Shown piece after piece: positions 30,025 to 40,047 of a stretch of 64,000 nucleotides of DNA. The position numbers were made by a program, and so were the translations under genes. Below the pieces are notes generated by a model. The model ran no database searches. It was not told where the DNA came from and saw nothing but the letters and a program-made list of their open reading frames with translations. Location: positions 1,088,001 through 1,152,000 of the forward strand of contig OZ241865.1 of assembly GCA_965203275.1 (NCBI GenBank). The letters are read 5' to 3'. How positions within the stretch are numbered: position 1 is the stretch's first letter; each line of letters begins with the position of its first letter. Source of the DNA: Bdellovibrionales bacterium (GTDB taxonomy: Bacteria; Bdellovibrionota; Bdellovibrionia; Bdellovibrionales; JAUICD01).

Positions 30025-30379
30025 CAACCAAAAAACTCAACAAAACAAAGAAAAAGACCAAGACGAACACTCTAAAGGCAAAAGTGTTTCAGATGTGATC
30101 AAACGGCTTTTTGCAGTGGGGTCGACGGCTGCCTTTCTCACAGAAGAAAGCATCAAAACAGCCCTAGGTGATATTAAGTTGCCTAAGGAATTATTAAAAC
30201 CTCTCTTAGCAAGTGCCATGTCTTCTAAACAGCAAATTTTTCAACGTGTTAGTAAAGAAGTATCAAGCGAAATGATTAAAATACTTAATTCAGAAAAGTT
30301 TAAAGATGAAGTTTTTAAATTTTTAAGGACACATAAATTTAAAATCAATATAGAAATAGAAAGCAATAAGGATGCCTAG
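30017..30379 (+). CDS. Hypothetical protein
   Basis: ORF overlapping neighbours in an operon. Confidence 0.65.
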   Translation: MDNNQKTQQNKEKDQDEHSKGKSVSDVIKRLFAVGSTAAFLTEESIKTALGDIKLPKELLKPLLASAMSSKQQIFQRVSKEVSSEMIKILNSEKFKDEVFKFLRTHKFKINIEIESNKDA

Positions 30380-30713
30380 TATTTTCACTAAAATTCTTAA
30401 TAAAGAAATACCTGCGGATATTGTCTATGAAGACAATCATTGCCTTGCCTTTAAAGATATTAACCCCTTAGCTCCAGTCCATGTTTTGCTGATTCCTAAA
30501 AAAGAAATCACAACCCTACAAGATGTGCAGGCAAGTGATGCTCAACTTATGGGACTGATGATCACTAAAATCCCAGAGATTGCTCAAATTATGGGAATAG
30601 ATGAAAGAGGATACCGTGTGATTGTCAATTGCAAAGAAGGGCAAGAGGTTCCCCATTTACACTTTCACATTTTAGGAGGCAAGGCTTTTAAATCTGCTAC
30701 TACTAAAATGTGA
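30372..30713 (+). CDS. Histidine triad (HIT) nucleotide-binding protein
   Basis: SIFTKIL..EIPA, GQEVPHLHFHILGG. Confidence 0.95.
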   Translation: MPSIFTKILNKEIPADIVYEDNHCLAFKDINPLAPVHVLLIPKKEITTLQDVQASDAQLMGLMITKIPEIAQIMGIDERGYRVIVNCKEGQEVPHLHFHILGGKAFKSATTKM

Positions 30714-30898
30714 GGTCTTTTTGTTCTGTTCTTTTTAAAATAATCTATGATTTTAATGTTTTTATTTCGCCTGTTGTTACTTCATTTAACATTGTTGGTG
30801 CTTTTTATTTTGAATTTAAGAATAAACCCTCTATAAATAGAGGGTATTCTTAGGGAGAGGTTAGGGGGTTAGGGGGTTAAGGGATTTATACATTTACT

Positions 30899-31405
30899 TT
30901 AAAGTATAATAAAAGAACTTAAAACATAAGGGGAGTAGAAGCCTCCAGGAATATGAATAAGCTCTTGGCTTTGTTTAAGATAGTTTATATAACTTGTCAC
31001 TTGCTGTGGTTTAAGATGTTGCCTTAAAACTTTGTTATAAAGCGAAGTGGTCTTTTTAAACTGAGTTTGTGCTTGGTGAAAATGACTTTGACTTTCTTGA
31101 TTACGCTTCCTTTTGTAAAGCATATTTGCAGCACTTGATATTTTGTATTCTGCAAGTATTTTTCTCTCAATATTTTGAATAGACTGAATGCTCTGATGAG
31201 AAGTCCCTGTTTGTGATAAATATTGAATTCTTGAGCGAGAATTTTTAACAGCCGTAGCAAGTTGCCTCTTAATATCTGCCACATTTGCCTGTTGTGATTG
31301 AGATGTTTCTTTTTTATTTGTTTGATGAGTAGAAACGCTTTTTGCTAAAGCTAACTCAGATACGAATAAAATAACTAAACTTAAAATAACTACTTGTTTT
31401 TTCAT
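30899..31405 (-). CDS. Hypothetical secreted protein
   Basis: Signal peptide MKKQVVIL...ALA; GGAG RBS. Confidence 0.65.
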   Translation of the reverse strand: MKKQVVILSLVILFVSELALAKSVSTHQTNKKETSQSQQANVADIKRQLATAVKNSRSRIQYLSQTGTSHQSIQSIQNIERKILAEYKISSAANMLYKRKRNQESQSHFHQAQTQFKKTTSLYNKVLRQHLKPQQVTSYINYLKQSQELIHIPGGFYSPYVLSSFIIL

Positions 31406-31932
31406 AATTAATTGCTCCCTCTCTTATTCTTCTTAAATAAAATTTTTAAAACCCTTATATACTTTTTAAGTACAAAAACCATGCCAAACACATTAAGTAT
31501 CTGTTATCACTAATGTTTTCTGGTTATCTATGGATAGACCATAAAGACAGGCTATTAAAACTTAGGTTATATAATTTAAAATAAAAACTGTTTCATTTTG
31601 AAACAGTTTTTATAACTTACTGAAAATATTGGATTTATTTATATTTTTGTGATGTTTTAAGAGGTGTTTTTGAAGACAAAAGAAAAGTGTTTAAAAATGA
31701 GACAGTGGTGACGTTTTGCGTCGTTTGTTTTCTGCTGTGCTTCATGTATTTGTAATACCATGTAATTTTGATCAATACCCCCCAAAAGAATTAGGCTATT
31801 AAAGTCATTTAAGAGGATGACTATATCAAACGAGACAAAAAAATAGTTTATATGGATAAATGTATAGAATTGCTTAAAACATTTAAGAAAATTTAATATG
31901 AATGCGAATAAGATAAGTAGAGAGGCTACAAA

Positions 31933-33123
31933 ATGCAAAAACTTGTTTATAGTATAATATTGATTATTGGTATTATTGGAATATCACATAACATAGCTAA
32001 TGCCAATGAGCAATGGGCAATCAAAACAAAGCATGATCGTTTTGTTATCAAAAAAGGTAACGGAGAGCAATATTTTATTGGCCGTCAAGCCGTTCAATCA
32101 AATGCTTTTGATCATCTAAGAGATTTTGTGGATCATCAGTTAGCTTTTTTAGAATCGTCAGAAGATGCAGTGTGTGAAAAGCCACGCAAGAAGCCAGATT
32201 TGCAAATCACAAAGACAAAAGCTGGTCAAAAGGGTAAAGATATTTTGGTTTATATTCAAGAATCAGAGCATCTTGTGATCAGTAATAATAAATGTTCTTC
32301 TTTGACTGGAGAGGGGGTTTTGGGTTTACCAGTTGATCGTTCATGGTATATTGGTCCTAAGACTGTTGCAATTGATTTAGGAAACCGAAGGAGATGGAAT
32401 TTTGGAGATTCAAAATTTATAGAATATTATCAAAAAGAATCAAAAAGTGCAGGTGTAGGTGCAGGTGAGGAAAAGGTCGAAAAAATATTAGCAAATAACT
32501 CAATGATTCCAGAGTGGGAGAAGATCCATGCATTTGAAGAAACTTTAAGTTCTATAGACATCATAGGTCGACGCCATTTATCTTATAGCAAAAACTCTTC
32601 TCATTTTGATTTTATGACTGGTGGCAAGCAGTATCGGTTTTATGAAATTCGCAATGGGCAAGGACTTATTTGGGCTTTAAAACTTCCAGATAAGCCTTTC
32701 CTTATTATCTCTCACTCATTTAATTGGGGAGAGTTTAATTTAGATTATATAACTGGGTCTAATTCTGGTATTATAGCCATTCTTAAAGATTCTCAAAAGC
32801 CTGATAATGAAAGAATAAAGGCTCTGAGACAATTAGGTAATTATTGGAATAGCTCATTTCAGCAAATATTATTTACTATTTTAAAAGATGAAGGTGAATC
32901 AGAGAGTTTACGTAAAATCATCACAGAGGCTTTAGTCCAAAAACCCACTGCTTTAAATAAAAAAGTTTTACTTGAGGTACTTATAAGTACACAGGAGGAT
33001 TCTTTGAGAAGGTATATTTCTCGAAGGCTAAGTTTGCTTTATCCTAAAGGACAAGCCATTTTAAGGACTGATGATTCTTTTACTATCACAGAAAAAATGA
33101 ATGTTTGGAGAGGTATGCAGTGA
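31933..33123 (+). CDS. Hypothetical secreted protein with HEAT-like C-terminus
   Basis: Signal peptide; helical ERIKALRQLG...LRRYISRRL repeats. Confidence 0.6.
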   Translation: MQKLVYSIILIIGIIGISHNIANANEQWAIKTKHDRFVIKKGNGEQYFIGRQAVQSNAFDHLRDFVDHQLAFLESSEDAVCEKPRKKPDLQITKTKAGQKGKDILVYIQESEHLVISNNKCSSLTGEGVLGLPVDRSWYIGPKTVAIDLGNRRRWNFGDSKFIEYYQKESKSAGVGAGEEKVEKILANNSMIPEWEKIHAFEETLSSIDIIGRRHLSYSKNSSHFDFMTGGKQYRFYEIRNGQGLIWALKLPDKPFLIISHSFNWGEFNLDYITGSNSGIIAILKDSQKPDNERIKALRQLGNYWNSSFQQILFTILKDEGESESLRKIITEALVQKPTALNKKVLLEVLISTQEDSLRRYISRRLSLLYPKGQAILRTDDSFTITEKMNVWRGMQ

Positions 33124-33234
33124 ACTTATAAAAAGGTTTGAGAATAAGGGCTGATGATTATTTCTTTAGACACAGTCTTCAGGAATTATCATATTCAAAG
33201 GTGTCATTTTTGTGACAGTAAGTTATTTTGTCTT

Positions 33235-35457
33235 TTAATGAATATAAGCTTGATAGATGGGTTGATTGTTGACTAAAAAGCAAATCTGCTTTGTTTTTTT
33301 GCCATTCTTCTCTTCAAGAATGTCTACCACAACAGCTTGACCATCCTTCAAATGGTCTTTCAACAGAGCTTCTGCTAAATGTGTTTCTAAATGCCTCTGC
33401 AAAAATCTTTTTAATGGCCTTGCTCCATATACAGGATCATAAGATAACTCTACAATGCCTTTGCAAGCCTGCTTTGTTAAAGTCAAATGAATCTTTCTAT
33501 CCTTTAAGCGGTTGGCTATTCGCTGAACCTGTAGGTTGGCTATTTGCAAAAGATTGTCTTTGCTCAATGGTGAGAACATCACTATTTCATCTACCCTGTT
33601 TAAAAATTCTGGACGGAAAAATTCTTTTAACTCTTTGATCATTAACTCTTTTGTTTCTTCTTTGATACTAGAGAGGTCTTGTGATGCTGGGTCTTCTAAG
33701 TCTTTCAGGATATGGGAAGCTCCTATATTAGAGGTCATAATTAAAACTGTGTTTTTAAAATCCACTGTTCGCCCTTTAGAATCTGTCAATCGACCGTCAT
33801 CTAAAATTTGCAATAAAATATGAAAAACATCAGGATGAGCTTTTTCAACTTCATCTAACAAGATCACAGTGTAAGGTTTACGTCGAATGGCTTCTGTAAG
33901 CTGTCCTCCTTCTTCAAAACCAATGTATCCAGGGGGAGCTCCAATCAAACGGCTGACAGCGTGTTTTTCCATATATTCACTCATATCTAAACGCAAAATA
34001 TTATTTTCACTATCAAACAGGGCTTCTGCTAATGCTTTTGCTAACTCTGTCTTACCTACACCTGTTGGTCCTAAAAATAGAAAAGAGCCGATCGGCTTTT
34101 GAGGATCTTTAATACCTGCTCTAGCTCTTAAAATGCTATCACATACCCATTTAACAGCTTCATGTTGTCCAATCACACGCTCATGTAATTCATCTGATAA
34201 ATGTAATAGCTTTTCTTTTTCTCCTTTTAAAAGGCGAGACAAAGGGATACCTGTCCACTTAGAAATAATATCATGGATTTCTTGATCTGTGACAGCTTCT
34301 GATAAAAGCTTGTGAGAATTAAATGCTTTTTCTAGTTGAGCTTCCTCTTGAGCTAAAGTTTTTTCTAACTCTGGTAGTCGCCCTAACTTAAGGGCTGCCA
34401 TCTTTTCTAAATTATATTCTCTTTCGTATCTTTCAATTTCATGCTTGACTGATTCTATTTCTTTTCGAATAGATCGCAGTTTTTGTACAGCTTGTTTTTC
34501 TTGCTCCCATTGTTTTTTCATTTGAATAGAAGACTTTTTTGATTTTTCTAATTCTTCTTTGACTTGCTTTAGTTTTTCTTTACTGGATGCATCTGTTTCT
34601 TTTTTTAAAGCTGTCTCTTCAATCTCTAGCTGCAAAATTCTACGGGTGATTTGATCTAGCTCTGAAGGCATGGAATCTAACTCTGTACGAATCATTGCAC
34701 AGGCTTCATCCACAAGGTCAATGCCTTTATCTGGCAAAAAGCGATCGTTAATGTATCTGTCTGATAACACAGCCGCAGAAACCAATGCAGAATCATGGAT
34801 GCGAACCCCGTGATGTAGTTCAAATCTTTCTTTTAACCCTCGCAAAATAGATATTGTGTCATCTACAGTAGGAGGCTCTACCAATACAGGCTGGAAGCGA
34901 CGTTCTAAAGCCACGTCTTTTTCTATGTACTTTCTGTACTCATCTAAAGTTGTTGCTCCGATACAATGTAGCTCTCCTCTGGCCAACAAGGGCTTTAATA
35001 TTTGCCCTGCATCCATAGCTCCTTCTGTCTGGCCAGCACCCACAATTGTATGTAGTTCATCAATGAAAAGTAAAATACGTCCATTTGATTTTTTGATTTC
35101 AGATAGCACAGCTTTAAGACGTTCTTCAAACTCCCCTCGGAATTTTGCTCCTGCTAAAAGTGAAGCCATGTCTAAAGCAAAAATACTTTTCTCTTTTAAA
35201 CCATCAGGCACGTCTCCTTTGACAATTCTTTGAGCTAAGCTTTCTGCAATCGCTGTTTTACCCACGCCAGGCTCTCCAATGAGGACAGGATTGTTTTTAG
35301 TTTTACGAGATAAAATGCGAATCACTCGACGGATTTCAGAATCTCTACCAATCACAGGATCTAATTGACCTGTTTTAGCAATCTCAACTAAGTCTCTGCC
35401 ATACTTTTCAAGATGTGTTTGATGAGCATTTGGATTATGAGATTGTGAATAGGTCAT
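33235..35457 (-). CDS. clpB: ClpB AAA+ disaggregase lacking the N-terminal Clp-N domain
   Basis: GEPGVGKT, middle coiled coil, GPTGVGKT; begins just before LEKYGRDL. Confidence 0.9.
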   Translation of the reverse strand: MTYSQSHNPNAHQTHLEKYGRDLVEIAKTGQLDPVIGRDSEIRRVIRILSRKTKNNPVLIGEPGVGKTAIAESLAQRIVKGDVPDGLKEKSIFALDMASLLAGAKFRGEFEERLKAVLSEIKKSNGRILLFIDELHTIVGAGQTEGAMDAGQILKPLLARGELHCIGATTLDEYRKYIEKDVALERRFQPVLVEPPTVDDTISILRGLKERFELHHGVRIHDSALVSAAVLSDRYINDRFLPDKGIDLVDEACAMIRTELDSMPSELDQITRRILQLEIEETALKKETDASSKEKLKQVKEELEKSKKSSIQMKKQWEQEKQAVQKLRSIRKEIESVKHEIERYEREYNLEKMAALKLGRLPELEKTLAQEEAQLEKAFNSHKLLSEAVTDQEIHDIISKWTGIPLSRLLKGEKEKLLHLSDELHERVIGQHEAVKWVCDSILRARAGIKDPQKPIGSFLFLGPTGVGKTELAKALAEALFDSENNILRLDMSEYMEKHAVSRLIGAPPGYIGFEEGGQLTEAIRRKPYTVILLDEVEKAHPDVFHILLQILDDGRLTDSKGRTVDFKNTVLIMTSNIGASHILKDLEDPASQDLSSIKEETKELMIKELKEFFRPEFLNRVDEIVMFSPLSKDNLLQIANLQVQRIANRLKDRKIHLTLTKQACKGIVELSYDPVYGARPLKRFLQRHLETHLAEALLKDHLKDGQAVVVDILEEKNGKKTKQICFLVNNQPIYQAYIH

Positions 35458-35614
35458 GGTTACTTTCTCCTTATGATTTTTTTGATGAATGCTTTGCTTA
35501 TTTAAAAGGATTATTTTTTAGTAAGGCTTGTTTTAGAACAGTCAGTCTTTGATCTGCGATGCGGATTGACTGACTGTCTAAAAACAGCTAGAAGTTAATG
35601 CTTTGTGAGACAAA

Positions 35615-36064
35615 CTAACTAATTTGAATTTTCTTTTTAGGGTTAGATGTCTTTTGAAGGGTAATAGAAAGTAAACCATGCTCAAAGTGAGCTTTGATTC
35701 CTTTGCTGTCAATCCCTTTAGGCAAACGGAAATGTCTTTGAAACTTTCCAATCTGAAGCTCCTCAATACACAGACTGGCATTTTTCTCTTGATGATGTTG
35801 CCTTTTCTCTCCTGAAATTTCTAAGACTCCATCTTCTACAGAAACTTCAAAGTCCTTCTCTTGCATGCCAGGTAACTCGACTTGCATTTGATATTCTTTC
35901 TGAGTTTCAAGAATATTCACTCTAGGACAGAAAGCTTCACCCTTTGTAGATAAAAAATGCTCTCTTCCTACATCCTTAAAAAAGGAGTCTAAAAATAAAG
36001 ATGGAAAAAATCCTTCTCTTAAGTTTTGATGGTTTGGATTAAAAATTTCTTTTGATAACATCAT
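35615..36064 (-). CDS. Small heat-shock protein (Hsp20/alpha-crystallin)
   Basis: PRVNILET..ELPGM..GVLEISGEK..GKFQRHFRLP..HGLLSITL. Confidence 0.92.
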   Translation of the reverse strand: MMLSKEIFNPNHQNLREGFFPSLFLDSFFKDVGREHFLSTKGEAFCPRVNILETQKEYQMQVELPGMQEKDFEVSVEDGVLEISGEKRQHHQEKNASLCIEELQIGKFQRHFRLPKGIDSKGIKAHFEHGLLSITLQKTSNPKKKIQIS

Positions 36065-36358
36065 AACGTACCTCCTATCATTGATTAAAAATTATTAAAC
36101 ACTTACTTACAAAAAGCTAAAATATTTATATTTATAACTTTTTGACCCTCAATTTAAAGGTGTGTGCGATTTGGATTTTGTCAAGGAGGTATCTAAAAAT
36201 ATTTAATGATCTATCCTTTAAAAATGAATTTAAACCTTTAGGCCTTAGGCTTTTAGGTCTTTGGGCCTTTAGGTATGAGTAGATTTTCTTTAAAATATAT
36301 TGACATATTGACAAAAAACTGATGAATGGTATAATGGATATAAAGTGGAGGAATACAA

Positions 36359-36784
36359 ATGGAAGAAAGGCCAAACAACGGCCATAGATCAGAAAATGGC
36401 CAATCATTACAAAATGGTACGAAACAAAATGGTGCAAAGAAATCATTTTTATCATTTTTATCATCTGAATTTGTACAAGCTATAGCATTTGTTTTAAGTA
36501 CATTTGCAATCGGTATTGTGAGTGTTGTGACTTCTTTAATTTTAATTAATAGTGTTTTGAATACTCCTATTAAAGAACAAGTAGATATTATTAAAGAACA
36601 AATGGATGATGTTAAGGAACAAATCAGAACTGTTGAGAATAAAGTCGATAGCCTTGAGAGTAAAGTCGAAGGACTTGAGAGTAAAGTCGAAGGCATTGAG
36701 ATTAAAATAGAAGAAATGGTCAAAGAAAATGATCAAAGATTTGATGATGTTATTGAATTATTAACTAAAAGTGTCAATAAATAA
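36359..36784 (+). CDS. Small membrane-anchored coiled-coil protein
   Basis: GGAGG RBS; TM helix; heptads VDSLESK/VEGLESK/VEGIEIK. Confidence 0.7.
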   Translation: MEERPNNGHRSENGQSLQNGTKQNGAKKSFLSFLSSEFVQAIAFVLSTFAIGIVSVVTSLILINSVLNTPIKEQVDIIKEQMDDVKEQIRTVENKVDSLESKVEGLESKVEGIEIKIEEMVKENDQRFDDVIELLTKSVNK

Positions 36785-37212
36785 TCTTAGCATTCTTTTT
36801 TGCCTACCTTAAGTCAAAATGCAACACTGTTTTAAAAGTTAAAAGGTTTAACAGGTCGTTAATATGGCCGGGAAAGTGTCGCATTTTGAAAATGAAAGGT
36901 TAGTTTATATTTAGACCTCCTTATTTATAATGTCTACAAATTGTCACTTAAACTCATGTTTTCATTATCTTTATGACCTGCGAGACAAGCCACACTATCA
37001 TAAAAACTTACATTATATCTTATTTAGTTTCGAAAGTCAAGGATTTATTATAAGATTTTAAGATTTTGTGAAATTGTTATGTAATTTGAGGGAATCTCAT
37101 CGGAGCAAACACTCTGTGAAGGGGTGGTCTTTCCTTCCTTAAGTGAATTATGGCCTCTGTAGATAGAGTATCTATAAAATCAAGTCTTGCCGGCGAGAGG
37201 GTAAGGATGTAC

Positions 37213-38196
37213 CTAATTTGTTTCATCTAAATAAAGTTTTGTTGGTACAGGACAAATTTTTGGATCATTGCTTAATAAATGTGTAGGATAGATTTGTCCC
37301 TCAATATATTGCCTTCTCATTCTAAGATTTCTTCTTTTTGAAAATAGTTCTTCATAAAGATAGTGTTGAAGAGTTGGATCTTGATTTATATCAATCTCTT
37401 GTAAAGATAGATCTTGTATATAAAAGGGATTCATAATTGATATAGTTTCTTTTGGTGCATGGGCTTGGTCTAGATCGACATGTCCTAGCTCATGGAAAAT
37501 ATACAGCTCTTTTTTTGCTTCAGGAAAAGTCATCCATGCATCATAGTTTACAAGGATATGTCTACTGCTAAGAATGGCGGAAGCTACACCTTGAAACGTA
37601 AATCTTTGAGCTAAGCGACTAATTTGTCTCCAAACCTCACTATCAGATCTATAAAAAAGAATTTTAATAGGATAATCAAGCTCTTCTCGACCTGTAATGT
37701 TTTTCTTGATAGATAAATATTTCTCAATATAAGGTAAAAACACAGGATGTGTATCTGCAACTGTCCATGTTTGATGAGGATCAGATATGCATTTTGAGGG
37801 GACAATTTCAATAAGTATTATGGGGCGGAAAGGTTTAGACCAATCAGGATTAGCATCTAATGCTGCATTTCTCTCCATTAAAGCTTGTGTAATGGTTTCA
37901 TTCTTTTTGCTAAGAGCTAGGTAGAATGGAGTTCGTCCATCTCTCTCTGGTTTGTTTATATCTGCTCCTGCCTCTATAAGCATCATTGCAATTGGAGTTT
38001 GATTATAAACGATCGAATAATAAAGGAGAGTCATTTCTCTAATACCTGTTGTATTAATATCTCCTCCATTAGCCAGAAATTCTTGTACATAGCTCAGTTC
38101 ACCTTTAGAAATTGCGGTAAATATTTTAGAACTTTGAGCATAGACAAAGGGTTTCAAATACAACAAAATGGATAAAACAAATAATAATTTTTTAAT
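37213..38196 (-). CDS. Secreted ankyrin-repeat plus zincin-like (HExxH) protein
   Basis: Ankyrin repeats, FHELGHVDLDQAH; probable ATT start at 38196 after GGAGGA. Confidence 0.7.
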   Translation of the reverse strand: MKKLLFVLSILLYLKPFVYAQSSKIFTAISKGELSYVQEFLANGGDINTTGIREMTLLYYSIVYNQTPIAMMLIEAGADINKPERDGRTPFYLALSKKNETITQALMERNAALDANPDWSKPFRPIILIEIVPSKCISDPHQTWTVADTHPVFLPYIEKYLSIKKNITGREELDYPIKILFYRSDSEVWRQISRLAQRFTFQGVASAILSSRHILVNYDAWMTFPEAKKELYIFHELGHVDLDQAHAPKETISIMNPFYIQDLSLQEIDINQDPTLQHYLYEELFSKRRNLRMRRQYIEGQIYPTHLLSNDPKICPVPTKLYLDETN

Positions 38197-38455
38197 AAAA
38201 TATCCTCCTAGAAATTTCTTAAGTTATCTTGAGATTATGTTTTATTTCTATGCCTTTAAATTGTCTTGAACTAAAGGGTATATGTCAAGTTCACAGTAAT
38301 ATGTGGTGTTGTGTGATGTTTGTAAGGAGCATGTCCCATAATTCGGCAAAAATAGAAGGCTCATAAATTAGTTTTTAATTGTTTTTTCTTTTTGTCAAAC
38401 TTTTTTCTAATTGTTTTAAGTAAGCCAATGTTTTGTTTTACTTACGATAGGATGA

Positions 38456-38860
38456 TCATAAGGACTTTTCATTTTTGGGCATTTGTTTTTTTTCGTTTTG
38501 CGATCGGTTTTTATCGACTAAAAGATCAAATAAACGATCAAATTTTCGATCAAATTTTTGATCAATTTGATCAATTTTTTTATTTATTTCTTTTATCTGT
38601 GTAGGTATATGATTGTATACTTGCTCTTGAATAGGCTTAATTGTAGCAGTCAGTAGATCTCTTAAGTTATTTTCTGATTGTTTTACCAATTCTCTTAAGT
38701 TATTCTCTGATTTTTCTATCCGTTCATTTAATCTATTTTCTGATTGAGTTGTCCTTTTCACCGCTCTATCATAAAGAAAAAAGCCCATAAAAGATATAGC
38801 CATGATTGTTGGTAGGTCTAAATATTCAACTATCTTTAAAATAAATTCGTAGAAACCCAT
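38456..38860 (-). CDS. Small membrane-anchored coiled-coil protein
   Basis: TM helix, KSENNLR repeats, NHIPTQIKEI..FDRKFDRLFDLL. Confidence 0.7.
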   Translation of the reverse strand: MGFYEFILKIVEYLDLPTIMAISFMGFFLYDRAVKRTTQSENRLNERIEKSENNLRELVKQSENNLRDLLTATIKPIQEQVYNHIPTQIKEINKKIDQIDQKFDRKFDRLFDLLVDKNRSQNEKKQMPKNEKSL

Positions 38861-39017
38861 AATGTCCTCTTTAGTTATACCATTACATTATCAATATTAA
38901 AAAACACTTATAAAATTACATAATTTTACAACATTATCTAAGGCCTGTCTAGCCCAAAACACCGGAATCTATACGTATTACTTTATTATAAAACAACGTT
39001 AAAGTCAAGTTTTTGAC

Positions 39018-39045
39018 AAAAAAAAGAGCTACCAAAGTAGCTCTT
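39018..39045 (-). terminator. Rho-independent terminator after ankyrin lipoprotein gene
   Basis: Minus strand AGAGCTAC-TTTG-GTAGCTCT followed by T-run. Confidence 0.7.
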
Positions 39046-39178
39046 AACTAAAAATATAAAGGTAAACAAGACTCACTATGATCAACTGAGTCTTACTAAA
39101 TTTATCGGCATGGCCTGACTTTAATAAAAACTTCATGATTCCAATTGAGGAAGTTTTTATGGGCATATAACATTTAAA

Positions 39179-39781
39179 TTATTCTGTAGCACCAGCCTGT
39201 CGCAATAAATCTGCAATTATGGTATAGTCAGACATAACAGCCTTAAATAAAGCTGTTTGTTCATTATTGTCTTGAATATTGACCTGGGCATTGGCATTTA
39301 GCAATGACTGTACAATCCGAACACGGGTATCAATACCTGCTCGGGACAAAGGGCTATTATGAGGGCTATCAGAACTAGCTTGCATTAAAGCCGTCTTGCC
39401 TCTTGGGGTTTGAATGTCAGGATTTGCACCGGCATCTAGTAATAACTCTACAATCTCAGCCCGGCCCAGAAAGGTAGCCCATATTAAAGCCGGGGGATTA
39501 GAATCTGTTTGGTCGATATTCACACCTTCTTCAATTAAACTTTTTACAGCATTAGTATCGTTATTTAAAATAGCTATCTTTAGGTCTTCGAATTGGCCTT
39601 GAATAGCCTGACATATTCCTTCAACCTGCTGTTGTCCATTTCCTACTTCGACTTGTTGGCCATTTCCTACTGAATTTGAGTAGCCTGAAACTTCAATAGC
39701 CTCTGGATTTTGAGTAAGTTCTGGATTTTGACATGCAACCATGGATAAAGATAAAAAATAAAGAAAAAATATATTTCTCAT
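39179..39781 (-). CDS. Ankyrin-repeat lipoprotein
   Basis: MVAC lipobox; PALIWA..LLDAGANPD, TALMQA, TALFKA. Confidence 0.88.
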   Translation of the reverse strand: MRNIFFLYFLSLSMVACQNPELTQNPEAIEVSGYSNSVGNGQQVEVGNGQQQVEGICQAIQGQFEDLKIAILNNDTNAVKSLIEEGVNIDQTDSNPPALIWATFLGRAEIVELLLDAGANPDIQTPRGKTALMQASSDSPHNSPLSRAGIDTRVRIVQSLLNANAQVNIQDNNEQTALFKAVMSDYTIIADLLRQAGATE

Positions 39782-40047
39782 TGTTTAGACCTCCTTGTTA
39801 ATGGGTTTTAATGGGTTTAAAATTTTAAGTTAAATAACATCAAGGTATATGCAAGATTAAGGCCTTGATTAAAAGGGCTTTTATCTATGGTTTGAAGAAA
39901 AATACCGACAATTTTTGTCATTATGACTTTAAAGTGTCCGCAATTTGTCACTTAAGCTCCATACTTTAAGATTTTTTACTTCCTTAAAAGAAACTCGAAG
40001 CTATTGAATAAATACCCATACCCACAAATAAAGTGTTAAACTCAGGA

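Noticed and set aside
33291..35233. Antisense or alternate-frame ORFs over clpB, ftsH, murA, rpn, the Cys-rich genes and others
   Set aside because: Shadow ORFs of well-supported genes.
36253..36723. 156-aa minus-strand ORF opposite 36359..36784
   Set aside because: Antisense shadow of a heptad-repeat gene; the plus-strand ORF has a GGAGG RBS.
36905..37210. Orphan AAGGAGGTCTAAA RBS-like motif and a short GC-richer stretch, possibly a gene remnant
   Set aside because: No start codon follows and no recognisable product; too weak to call.
31466..39870. Possible sigma-54 promoters (TGGCATGGTTTTTGTA near 31470-31485; GG-N10-GC near 39851-39864) with upstream palindromes
   Set aside because: Imperfect consensus matches in AT-rich DNA; cannot be supported without TSS data.
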